Source of the DNA: Kudoa neothunni
Taxonomy: Eukaryota; Animalia; Cnidaria
NCBI GenBank assembly: GCA_964304625.1
Contig: OZ199839.1
Location: forward strand, 11,884,479-11,948,478
Reading direction: 5' to 3'
Length of the DNA: 64,000 bases
The stretch's first letter is position 1, and each line of letters begins with the position of its first letter. The notes beneath the pieces are model-generated. The model ran no database searches and was not told the origin of the DNA. It was given only the letters and a program-made list of their open reading frames with translations. Below, piece by piece: positions 14,155-26,186 of this stretch. The position numbers and the translations under genes were made by a program.

Positions 14155-15277
14155 TCTGTATATGTATAAAATCTTTTGTCTGCATGTGTGTGTACCTAAA
14201 TGCACATGCGCGACTAGAATTTTTTCCTTATAGAGAGATCTTTATGGAATTTTTTGGAAATTTCCACGTTTCAAAAATCTTCAAATTATTTATCGCTAGC
14301 AAATGATTCAAAAAGTGTTTACAAAATAGTGATTTTGTCGATTCAAAGTTTGTTAAGTGGATTACATGAGTTCAATTTTAGGATTAGCACTGGCTTCTGT
14401 CATGGTGACGGTCGATTGAAGTTAACTTTCCTCTTATATACGTTATCAAATATTGATTAATTGCTGTTTTCTGATTTCATACATAAATTTAGTGTGTAAA
14501 TTTAAGTGTTCGTGCAGATACACTCTCTATGCCTGGAGTTTTAATGTATTTGACTCGTCGATAAGCACACGTCGAAAGTTCTGTTGATTGTTATAGATAT
14601 GGAAAAAATCTATATTTGCATCATCAATAGCGAATTCATGGAGCATTATAATGAAAGCGATGAGCCCGTTGATTTAATTGAATTCGTCCGCTATGTTGAA
14701 CTTTCAGTGATTAAATTCTATGTAGAGGGTTGTACTCTTACAGCATCTAATTAAATAAATTATTTATGTTGATAGTGAAGCGATTTTTAGCTATTTGTTT
14801 GAGGAAAGTGCACTAATATTTATGCCGGGTTAAGCGATATTAATTTTAGCAATATCAATTAATTTTCTTGTGTTTTGTCCTACCTCTACCACTGCTTCTA
14901 TTTTTTCATCTCTTAAAAAGTTTGTGGTCCAGACAGTTCCTGATCCGGGCCAGAATTTGACTTTTAAAAATCAAATGGTCAAAGAATAACGTTTTAGATA
15001 ACACTTTAATGGGATTTAAATAATTTGGGGACAAAAAAATATGATGCTGAACTTAAATTATTTAGCGTTGATGCCGAGCCACGAAATTTTTAAATGAACG
15101 CCAGGATTGGAACACTCCTTAAAGAAATGATCATAATTTAAATTTCATAATCAAATCCTTAAAGTATGATGCTTAAAATTTTTTAGTTATTTTGAAACTT
15201 CAATATTTTTTTGAATGTTATTAAAAAACGTCTCTAGGCGAAATCTTCCCCGAGCAACGCTGGGCAGTTTGCGCTGG
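14155..15277 (+). mobile_element. Non-autonomous Helitron, family A copy 1
   Basis: 5' TC + TATATGTATAAAA; 3' hairpin CCCGAGCAACGCTGGG then CTGG|T; colinear with 51437-52332 along its length. Confidence 0.75.
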
Positions 15278-15296
15278 TTGCATTAAAGTTGATTAA

Positions 15297-17490
15297 CCCT
15301 CCGATGATTTTGGGGGAGAATCTAGCCCCATGCGATTTTAAAATTCATATATCTCCTTATGTTGGGAATATTGGTGTTTAAGATTCTATGTATTCCTGTA
15401 ACATAGATTTCTTTTTAATTCCAGACTAAAATATTTTTTAAATATTTTGTATTAAAAAATTTATTGCATGTTTATCTTCTAAAGCTAAAGTACTTTGGAG
15501 TGGAAATTACCCCACTCATTTTTTTACGTTTAAATTAAAAAAAATTACAAAACTCTTTAATTCGTATATATAATGTTTTTATAAGCACAATTGAAATAAA
15601 TTTACATATCTTACGCTAGGTAATTGTGGTTTAATCTTCTCCATTAATAATTCATTATAATCTGTATGCCGTAATTTTATATTGTGGTTAGACTCATCCA
15701 AATAATTAAATATAACTTTCAGTGCAAAAACATTTATTTTAGAGAATACTTATTTTGAACAATCTAAAAAACTGTTTGAAGAATGTATCGGACAATAAAA
15801 TTTGTAGCATTTATGGCATCATCATGTAGTATTTTATCATTTTCTCGAGGACAAAACTCACATCGTGCACTTTTTATGTTTACAGGTGGTTCCAAATGGG
15901 AAATATTTGATTTATTGAAGTGCCCTTTTTCCGGTATATTGGTAGAATGTTTGGCCAACAACAATTTAAACAGTTTATGGAGTTGCTATGCGATCTTCCT
16001 TAGGAAGGTTCGTCCATTATTCGATTCACCAAATATTTCTTCATACAATGCAAAGTCATTCACCAATGACAAATCGACGAACAAAAACCGATGCGAGCAT
16101 CCTGTCGACATTATACATTATCTACGCCGTCCTTAGTTTTATTATAATCCAATATTAATTGAGGTTTGAACTTAAGGTATTCTCCAGCAATAGAGTTATC
16201 ATGTGTGCCGGAAGTTAGAAGAATCACAGATTTGCCTTCTTTGCAAATATGATAACAGCATATATTTATCTTAAAACGAAAAAATGGTGGAGTAAAGAGG
16301 TCATTTTCTTGAAAGTTGAAGACAGGGTGGTTTCTCTTATTTTTTTTCGTTGCTCCCAAAAAAGTCAACTTTCTTTCCAACAATTTCTTCGAGAGAGACA
16401 TCGATGAGAAGAAATTATCCGTGACAACATTTCGGCCAGAATCAAACAAATGAGTTGTAAGGCTAATTACGATGTTTTCACCTACGTTAGTTTGTCTGTT
16501 CGTCTCAGAATTATTCTTTTCCAAGTAAAGACTGGCATTACAAACGTAATTGGCGATTGGATCAACCAGTAGAAAAAATTCTTACCATAGTTCCCCGTCT
16601 TCACGGGCATATATTGGCGGAAAGGACATCTTCCACAGAACGGAACCAATTGTTCATCAACAGTTACATCCTCATTCGGAACAAAACATTTAGGTAGCAC
16701 TTCAACCCACTTCTTCCATATATCATGAATGACACGGAGTCAGTCCAACTTTTTACGTTCTTCGCGTGTATTAAAGTTCTTAAAATGCAGTGCTCGGGAA
16801 ATAGGTTTGAAGCGTCGAAATGAAAATAATTGCCGATAGATTTCTCTTCCTTCCGGCTGAATAACTCACTTATATGCTCCTCTCTATTCTTATGGGTGGC
16901 CATGAGGAGTAACAATCCTAAATATCTCCTAATTTCTACCAAATCAAGATAGTACCATTGTTCACCGAAATGATGTTTTCCAAACATCTTTGTAAAAAAA
17001 ATGATATCATTACTCATTTCATTATTAAAAAATAATAAAAATCAGTCCAACATTTTTTTTATTTTGTTTGAGCATAGACAGTGAATACATTTTATTCTCC
17101 GAACCTCTCTTTGTTGGACGAGACTTTGAAGCACTCCATTGAATACCATCTTTAATCGTAAGAGCATCAATAACAATGTCAATTATTTCCAGCTCGTCTG
17201 AAAACTCCTAATCCTCGTAAATTTGATCTTCACACTCATTTTCCGAAGAACAGAATTCATCGTACAAATCATCCGAGCCGCTCATTGAAAAAACACACGC
17301 TCGCACATACGTCGACAATAAATATATCACTTTATCGTGGGGTTAAAACAAAATCCGCGCCTGGAAATTTGTTATATTCTAGTTTTGAAAACTTTGTAGT
17401 ATGTTTCATGCTTTAAATGAAAAAAATAGTTGGGATATTTTTTATCCCAAAGTACTTTACATGTACATAGTTTTTATGATCATCAGAAGG
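15297..17490 (-). mobile_element. Full-length decayed piggyBac element, copy 2
   Basis: TTAA on both sides; TIRs CCCTCCGATGAT / CCTTCTGATGAT; fragments VDEQLVPFCGRCPFRQYMP, TDNFFSS, DYNKTKDGVD, RCEFCPR; frameshifted. Confidence 0.93.
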
Positions 17491-18624
17491 TTAAACTCAT
17501 TTTAAAAAATTTGCGAATGAAAAAATTAATAGTTTTGTTTTCTATTGTTCAACAATTTTATTTTTGTTTTTAAGATGCCAATAGGGCTGGATGTGAAGGG
17601 TATGTTCGATGCTTTATAGTAGCAGATTAGCATCTTTTTAGAAGATTCTGTTGAGTTATTTGAGTCTTTTAAACCTTCATGAAATATTCCTATCATTAAA
17701 TTTAATTTTATCGAACGTTAACAAAAATCCATCTTTTATCAAAAACGTTCCGAAAAGTGCGTGTAACCGACCAATCACATGATTATCAATCTGGAAATTT
17801 CTCAAACTTAGTATATCGTTTAGATCCAAATTCTTTAATAAAAATCTTTAAAAAATATTATATATCGAATGTACATTTGATTATTCAAAATGTGTTGATT
17901 TTTAAGAAGGGCGTAAAATCGTACGTGTGTAAAACGTGTACAACCAGTAATTGATTGTAGAAGTAATTTTTTAAAATTGATGGTTAACAATAAAAAATCC
18001 AAGATCCATGACTCTAATTCTTTGGTTTTGGTACTATGATTCAAACTCTTTTTAATAGATTCACACAAAGCTGCTATGATCCTTTTCAGGTATTCGAGGG
18101 TTGATGTATATGGGGGTTGGCAAAAAAATATGAGCTTATCAAGGGATCAGAAATTTCAAAAAGGTTGAAAACCACTGGTCTAAGTCTAGTGTCTAATGTG
18201 ACATTTTAAGTTGTTGAAACGTAAACAGCAGGTTGATAGGGTTAATAGAAGATCGACAAACAACATAAAATTTTCAAGTTAATAGGGAAAGATTTAAAGT
18301 ACGTATTGCTATAAGTATCGAATAAGTTGGATGTTGCTTGCGATAAACATATACATTTCCCGACTATAAAGATCGGATGGGTTCAAGGGTATGGTGTAGC
18401 CTATTTTAAACCGATTCATTGATAAAAATAAACTTATTGAGCAGACTAATGAATAAATTTTGAAGTTTGGTGCTGTTACTATCAGTGACTAAATGAGATT
18501 CCATGTATGTAAGGAATAAGAGTCACTGTTTTTATATAGCAAAAGGGTGTTTATTTTATCGAAAAGTATCAAACCTACATCAATTCTTATTTCTTAGGTG
18601 TAAGAATTAATCTTAAGTTTTAAA

Positions 18625-20472
18625 ATGAGGTTGTATGAGCTCGTTGTGATGACTCTGGCTGCTATTTTTCGACCAAATTTAATAACGCCAACGATGTTGT
18701 TATATAGAAACGTACTTATAATTAAAAATATATTTATATATTTATTTTAGATTGGAGTTGCTGTGTTATTCAAGCCATTATCCACAGAAATTACCCTATA
18801 TTCCTTTCAATTTGATAAAAACAAACGATTGATGTATTCATCCGTTATAAAGCAGACTAAAAGTTCCGATAAAATTATAAGTTAAGAATATCTCATGATA
18901 AAAAATATTTAGCTATTGAAAACAAACTGTATTTGAAGAAAATTGGCGTTTTTATCAATAAATGTATTACGCTGGCGATAAAATCTGATCATTTCAAGGA
19001 TGTCAACAAAGAGGATATATTTATATTTTTTGTGCTTACTGACAATACTAAAATGATACTGTAGTTAATATTGATTTTTTTTACTGAATTATTATAGAAA
19101 TATTGATGAAAAAAAGATGGATCTATTAAAACAATCAATAGATATAGAATTGAAAGACTTCAAACAGTTGCGTCCTCACCCTCATCTTCTAGTGATGGGT
19201 GAAAATCAGTTGAATATGGCGTTGTATTTTCACTCCCATTACCAATATAAGGAACAGGTTTAATTTTTGACGCTGGTTTGTTTTCTTGTCAGATCTAATA
19301 GGAAAACTTGGGGATTGTTGAAATGGGATTCACCACATTGAGAATAATGTACCCCCTGGAAAAATTGGATGAGTCTCTTAAACAGTGCTACTTTATGAAT
19401 AAATACAACTCCACATTTGAAACTGCAGCCTATCCAATTTCAAAAATGTTTTCTGTTGCCTTCCCCTGCACAGGTTACAGAACAATCCACGACATGCTAT
19501 CAATGTTAATAATTCAAGTGAGATTTCAATGAGTGAAAGCTATTGGATGTACTTAATAGGATAAAAAAATATTTTATTCATATTAATTCTAACGATTCAA
19601 AGATCAGCGAATTATTTACTTCATATTATATTCATTAGAGTGGAAATTATTTAAACGCTGATTCCAATGAGTTGCTGAATCCTTGTATTCCCGAGGGGTC
19701 GTCGTATTTCTTGAACGTGAACGAAATTCTTAACATTTGCACTAAACCTACTCGCTTTGCAACTTACTTCTCAAATTACAAGTTTGTGGGAAAGTTCGAT
19801 CAAGATGCTTGCATGAAACTACTAGATTCTGTGCATTCAACAATTCATTCTAGGGTGAAACCAGAATTCATGTTAATGGTGAATCAGATAAAGTGTGACA
19901 TTATTTTTGAGCCAAAATTATCATTGTTGGTATTTTGTTTCTAATAAGTTTTCCAAAAATACAGCAAATTTTTAAGTTTTTAGGATTTTTTGAATACCTG
20001 GATCAATTTGGCTGGAAACACGGGGATGATATTGAGTTACTCATTAAAAATCATTGCACCGAATCTTATCCAAGTGACGCCAACGTAAGTGAAGTTAATA
20101 TCGTATATCTTATAAATAGAAATAAATCGTAGATGAAATTAATAATTAACGACTGTTTCAACCTGTTAGTTCTTCGACACACGCTGAAAATATTACTCAA
20201 AACTGACCCTCAAAACATTATCCTACCAGTACTTATTGTTGACTAATTTTTAGGTTTTTTCTTAAAGTCAGATTTAATTCATTATCTATGCCTATTAGGA
20301 CACTCTGATCAATATGCAAATGGGCTTAGGTTATTTTGATCCACGCATAAAGGAAGCAGACGCCAAATATTTCAAACGAATTAAAATCCTGCTCATCCTA
20401 TTCCCCACATTGATTCTTACATTATACATCGCTATCTTCCTGGCTATTTTTTGTGTTGAAAACAAAATTTAA
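18625..20472 (+). CDS. Divergent CD39/E-NTPDase (GDA1/CD39 family)-like membrane protein, probable pseudoenzyme
   Basis: Spliced ORF with ACR-equivalent segments in the correct order (IGVAVLFKPLSTEITLY; IFFVLTDNTKMIL; VMGENQLNMALY; LGIVEMGFTTLRIMY; NMQMGLGYF), CD39-type Cys pattern (FPCTGY, LNPCIPEG, ICTKP, FVGKFDQDAC), N-terminal hydrophobic segment and C-terminal TM. Confidence 0.72.
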
Positions 20473-20717
20473 TGAATACATTTATAGGAGTCATAATTTT
20501 TCCATTAAATCTATAACATGAAATTTGTGTGATAAATTTTTGAAGGCTTATTTCTATATTGAAGATTAAAATGTGGGGCAATGATGACTTTTTAAGTTAT
20601 TTACCAAGCTACTAGGTAATATAATTCCTAATTATTTTAAAATTTAATAATAATACTTTTAATGATTAGACTATTTATCCAACAAATAAATATTATTAAT
20701 ACTTGTTTTGTTGATTA

Positions 20718-22550
20718 CAGTAGGCATCCGATTTTGCATACTTTTCTCAACCATCTTTTGACTGAATTTTTGTTTGACATCAATTAAATAATAAAGATGT
20801 CCATAACTCGTATTAAAATTGTTAGAAATGTAGAAGAGAAATATAATATGATATTTTGAAAGTTTACCCTATTTTAAACGCTAAGATAGCGACAGTAAAA
20901 CATTTCCAAATTTCGAATATCGCCATCCTAAATGGGATTCTTCGTAAGAAATTAGAAATAATTTCCATCGTTAGAGAAGATTTGCATCGACTAAAAGAAA
21001 AAAACATTCATAATGGATCAAACATTGATTCATTACGAAGGTGTTTATGATTGAATCTGTTTGATTAGGGGAACAAATCGAACCGCCGCCTCTGATATCG
21101 CAAATAAAAGAATTGAGCTTTCTGTTGAAAATAAGAAACCAAAACGTGTGACAATTGGTTGGTTTAAGAGCTTTAAAAAGCGATTTAACCTAAGAAAAAT
21201 TAATATTCATGTCGAAGTCGCAGATATAGATCCTGTGGTTGTGAAGAATGGATTCCACAACTTAAAGTCATGTTAAAATTATAGATCAGATTATATATAT
21301 ATATATATATAATATCGACGAATCTGCATTATTCTACCAGCAACAGAGAGGTATATGCAGTTTTTAACGTTTTGATTTATTTTATCGATAAAAGTTTTGT
21401 AGTTTCATCAGAAAGAAATATAAAGAGGACAAAACAATCGATGAATCGAGTAACTATTTTATTAGGTATCTCAATGAGTGGTGGAATACTCGAATCACTA
21501 ATAATCGACAAACACAAAATCTCTCGTTGTTTTAAGAATATTAAAAAACTTCCTGTGTCATATGATAAAAATAATAAATGTTGGATGAATAATGATGGAT
21601 TCTTAAGATATATAACCTAGCTTAATTAATTATTTGCAAAAAGGAATACACAGGCGTTATTGTTCCTTTATAATGCATCATGTTTCTGTAGAAAAAATTT
21701 GAGAAACATAAAAATGGGGTTTCTTCGCCAAAAACTACGAGTATTTTGCAACCTCTTGATCATGGGATAATATATTCGCTTAAATCTGCCCCAAAAGAGC
21801 TATGCTTAAACGATATATTGCTCGTGTTGAAACAGGTATTGATCCCATCCCTCCGAACATATTAGAGGCAATGTTACGTATAGGAGACGCTTGGAATATG
21901 GTTTCTCCATAAACAATTAGAAATTGTTTAAAAAACGTATTTTCCTATTGATGAATTGTCTTCTATACTACTAAGCGATGATTTAATAATAAAACATACA
22001 TCTAATAGAGAAATGAGTGATATTATATGCCCAGAGGAAGTTAACAATGAAATAAAGGGGATAATTCAAGAGGGATATGAAATTTGTTGTTTTTATGATG
22101 GCTATTCTACATTAGATTTAGATGGCAGAGATAATTTTGTGGATTCGGTTAAGGATGGTGATGGATCTGGTGAGGAAGTGCTTGAAGGTAAATCTGAGGA
22201 TACCCCTGTTCTGAATTTCAAAGAGGTTATTGATTCCATCAGCGAAATTAAAAAATCCTTTCTGAAAAACGATGTTGATCGATTAAGAATTCTTTCAAAT
22301 CTTGGGAACGACGTATACGATATCATGTGGAAAAATATTAAACAATCGAAAATAACAGATTTTTTCAAATGTTAGAATATAAATATTGTCCATTTTACTA
22401 TATTGCGTTTTATCTTTATATAAATATATTTTCTCAGTGATTAAGAGTTAAAATTTTACTTTTAATTGTTAAAAATATAATATTAAAATATGATGTGTGT
22501 GTGCGCCTTTCACGGTCCTGGAGGGATTGTGTAAACTCGATTGCCTACTG
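20718..22550 (+). mobile_element. Full-length decayed pogo/Tigger element
   Basis: TA TSD; TIRs CAGTAGGCATCCGATTTTGCATA / CAGTAGGCAATCGAGTTTACACA; CENP-B HTH GWFKSFKKRFNL, NIDES, RVTILLG, NNKCWM, QPLDHGII, C-terminal KQSKITDFF. Confidence 0.92.
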
Positions 22551-23341
22551 TATTTATATCTCTCTTAGATCTAAGGAGTAAAAAATCAAATAAATAAATT
22601 TATTATTATGAATTTCTCGAAAAAGTTATTCTCAACTAAAAAATGACAGATTTCTAAATGTTAATTATTTTACCTAATATATAAAAAGTGTAAATAACAC
22701 ATATTATTAAATGGAATAAAATTATGATGCGCGTCAGAATGATACATATTTTTTTAAATTAAAAATGGCTTATATTTTGAAATCTCGCTATGAAGTAATC
22801 TGGATTGGCTGAAACATCCGATTATAGATAAATATGCAATTCTCCGAACAATCTTTAAAGCATAGATTCCCAACCTTTATTCTATCGCGTCCTACTTTTT
22901 TTTGAAAACAATTCCGTACTCCACCTTTTTAAAATTATTGATTTTTTTTAATTAAAACTGTTTATGAGTCTGAATAAAGCTCCGTATCATGTGAAAATCC
23001 GAAAGCAGTTCATATATACTTCTCATTAAAATTAAAATGTATTCGATCAGATCTAACTTAATTTTTCGATAGACCTTTAAAATTAATATCTTTGGTTCCT
23101 CAGTCCATCAAAAACAGCATCAAGTGGAACTCGTAGTAATCCAACCTTCATTAGAAAAGACTTTAGTGTATACGGGGTTGATGAACCGAAAATCAACAAT
23201 TTAAATACAGAATTAATCGATATTATATTAGGTTTAATCAAAATAATGGGGGTGTATGATTTGAAATGAGATAATATTGCGATTAGAAGCATTCAGAATC
23301 TATTAGGATGGAGGGCATGTTAAATTTATTATAATTTTATA

Positions 23342-23423
23342 CAGTCGGATCTAGATATAAAGTGATTCGATATTGCGTCATTTTTCGCGGTCACAAAAAT
23401 TACGCAATATCCAATCTCGACTG
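23342..23423. mobile_element. 82-bp pogo-type MITE
   Basis: TA|CAGTCGGATCTAGATATA ... AATATCCAATCTCGACTG|TA. Confidence 0.6.
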
Positions 23424-23739
23424 TACGCATTTGGTTGAGCATTAATTGATTCATACAAATTTTCCTGAGCGCTAGAACATTCAAATGTCCGCACACGCGC
23501 GGTCAAAGTTCAACAATGTTTTCTCGTTAATTATTCAAAAATTACTCTACAACAAATCTTCTCATTACACGGGAATAATCAACTATTATTTCCCAATAAT
23601 TTTGTTGAAAAAAACCTAGGATGTATTTACACCCCAATTTTATTCGGAAGGTGTAAACTTTCATGTGACTTAGAGGGTTAATGGAAGAAATGTGACACGG
23701 TTTCTTTTTTTTATTTGAATAAAAAATATTCGAGTTTTT

Positions 23740-24330
23740 ACTATTAATTCCACCAAAAAACCACTGCTCCTCTATCCTCCAACCACGATTATATTTTCTT
23801 TTGCGGAATTTTGATTAATCGAAGCCAACAACCTCTCCAGATCCTTATGACTTATTACATATGATTGAAATATATGGTTACCTCCTATCAGTTGAGAATC
23901 AAATAGTTGATTTTCTCCGTAACGGGATCTAAATTCCATTTTCCAATCCACAAGGGTTGAGATGGATCCTATCCGTAAATCCGATTGGATATATGCATTT
24001 TTGCACTTATACAACCAGTAGTAAATCATTAAGGGTATTGTCTACCTTGAAGAATTAAAATGTTTATTAACAAGAGTTTCATTCTTTACTTTATGTTTGA
24101 AGATTGAAACAGGGAATTTGATCTTACGGAAATGAATTTTCTATATTTTTTGTGGTTCCTTCTTCATGCAACCTTGATGAATTTCAGTTTTGACTCCTTA
24201 ACAAATTTTCTTTATTTGAGTAAATTTTGTATATTTTATTTGTATTGAACAACTTCTTCATATTTGCGCCATGACAACTTGTTTTATCGTAATAATGCAA
24301 CGTCGTTATCCTCAATAGAATAGCAATTCG
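23740..24330 (-). pseudogene. Merlin/ISXO2-like transposase remnant
   Basis: STLVDWKMEFR...QLIGGNHIFQ...VVGG resemble the IS1595 DDE N-terminal region; heavily decayed. Confidence 0.5.
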
Positions 24331-26186
24331 ACAATCTTTTATATTCAAGACATAAGGGTTTGATATGCTCCGTTTTATGACTTTATGTTGTTATTTCTTT
24401 AAAATTAAATAATCTTTTGTTGAATCCTTTGAAATACGCACCATTTTTGTATGCCACATTTATTTTAATATGACAATTTTATTTATGTATTGCAAACTGC
24501 GCTAACAAATAAATAACAATGTTTATACGAAAGAAACTCATCACAAATTTAATGCTTATTAATCCATAATAATTTTTAAATTATTTAATTAAATTAATAA
24601 AATACATAGTTATTCAAATTTTAGATATGCAATAATTAATATATTAGGCATTTTAAAATTTGTATGAATATTCCATGCGTGAGCGGCCGCAATCGGATAA
24701 ATCTTACGTGTGTTATCAGTTGTCCTTGAAACTATCTCAATTGTATTGTTTGTAAATATGGTTTTTAAATTCTTTAAAAAAATGAAAATTATATTAAAAA
24801 TGTCATAAATCGTAACAATAAAAAATTATTAAAATACATATAAATATGCGTATATTTTGAAATAAAATTGTTTAAAGATTAAAATAGCTCACTTTTTGTT
24901 AAAACTATTGTATAACTTCATTTTATATCGATATACACTTAATGGATAAAAAAGAGAAAAAGTAAATGTTAGGGAAAGAAAACATAACTGATTATGCTAT
25001 GCTAGTCTCTAGTAAACAATTCTAACAAGTATATATACTAATGTTGTTGTCCTAGAATCTAGATCGTTCGAAAAGCTTCAGATGTGTTCTACATGGCATT
25101 GGATAATTCTATTGTCTTCTAGAAACTACCAAGCCCTCAATCATAAATAACAAAATGTTGGTTGTTTTATATTTCCATAATGACATTTAAGGGAATTTAT
25201 TATTTAAGCAAACTATGGTATAAAAAATCTGTTTAAAAATTCAAGAAACTAAAACGGTTGCCGACGTATCGTTTGGTAATATTTATAATGAATTATATAG
25301 TAAAAACGGTAAAAATGTATCATAGTGGCTGTAATCCAAATCAGCGACTGTAATAGCGCGAATAGAAACACTATATGTAAGTATAATAATACTCATCCAT
25401 CCGAGCCACGTCGCTAACACTATTCATCATAAGCGGATTCCCGCGGTCGTGATGGAGGCCACGGTCTCACTTATTACAGCGACAACGTACAAAAACGAAC
25501 CAGCTGAATATTTTAATAACGAGTGTTGATAAGTGATGCGACATCAGTAGGGTACTTTCAGCAACCGCTATTTGTCATCACAGTAACATTTGCAGTAATC
25601 TATTAATGCAGAGAACTCCTAGTCCCTCGTGATTATTTCGACTGGCTATGTCACCAATTAAATCGGCTCAAGTAAAGCATGCTTCATGTGTTGTAAAATT
25701 TATGTAGGACAACTCTAATTTTGTTGGATTGTCATATTTCATCCTTGGCGATTGTCTATTGTTAAATCTGTCTATAAGAAAGAAGAATTCGTATTTTATG
25801 CAAGCATTAGGTGTCCAATTGTAGCAAATGCATAATCATAACATCAAAAATAATATATTTAACGAAAATAAGTCATTCCTGGCAAAACTTATAGAATAAA
25901 TATAACGCTAATCTGGTTTTAAAAATACAGGAGTAATATTCGAACTAATTATAATCTATAATCTGAAAATTAGGCCATTATTCTGCATTTTAACCGTAAA
26001 AACTTGACCAATACGCAGAAGTTACGGATAACATCACCCTACCACGCACATGTGTGCCAAGCTACTATCGATTCTTAAATGGACGAAATTTTCATAGTTA
26101 GTATTAATAACCGTTTAAGTCTTATTTCTCCATTTTCATCCTCACATTTTAATGTTAGTTATTATTTTTGCACTATGACGATTAAG

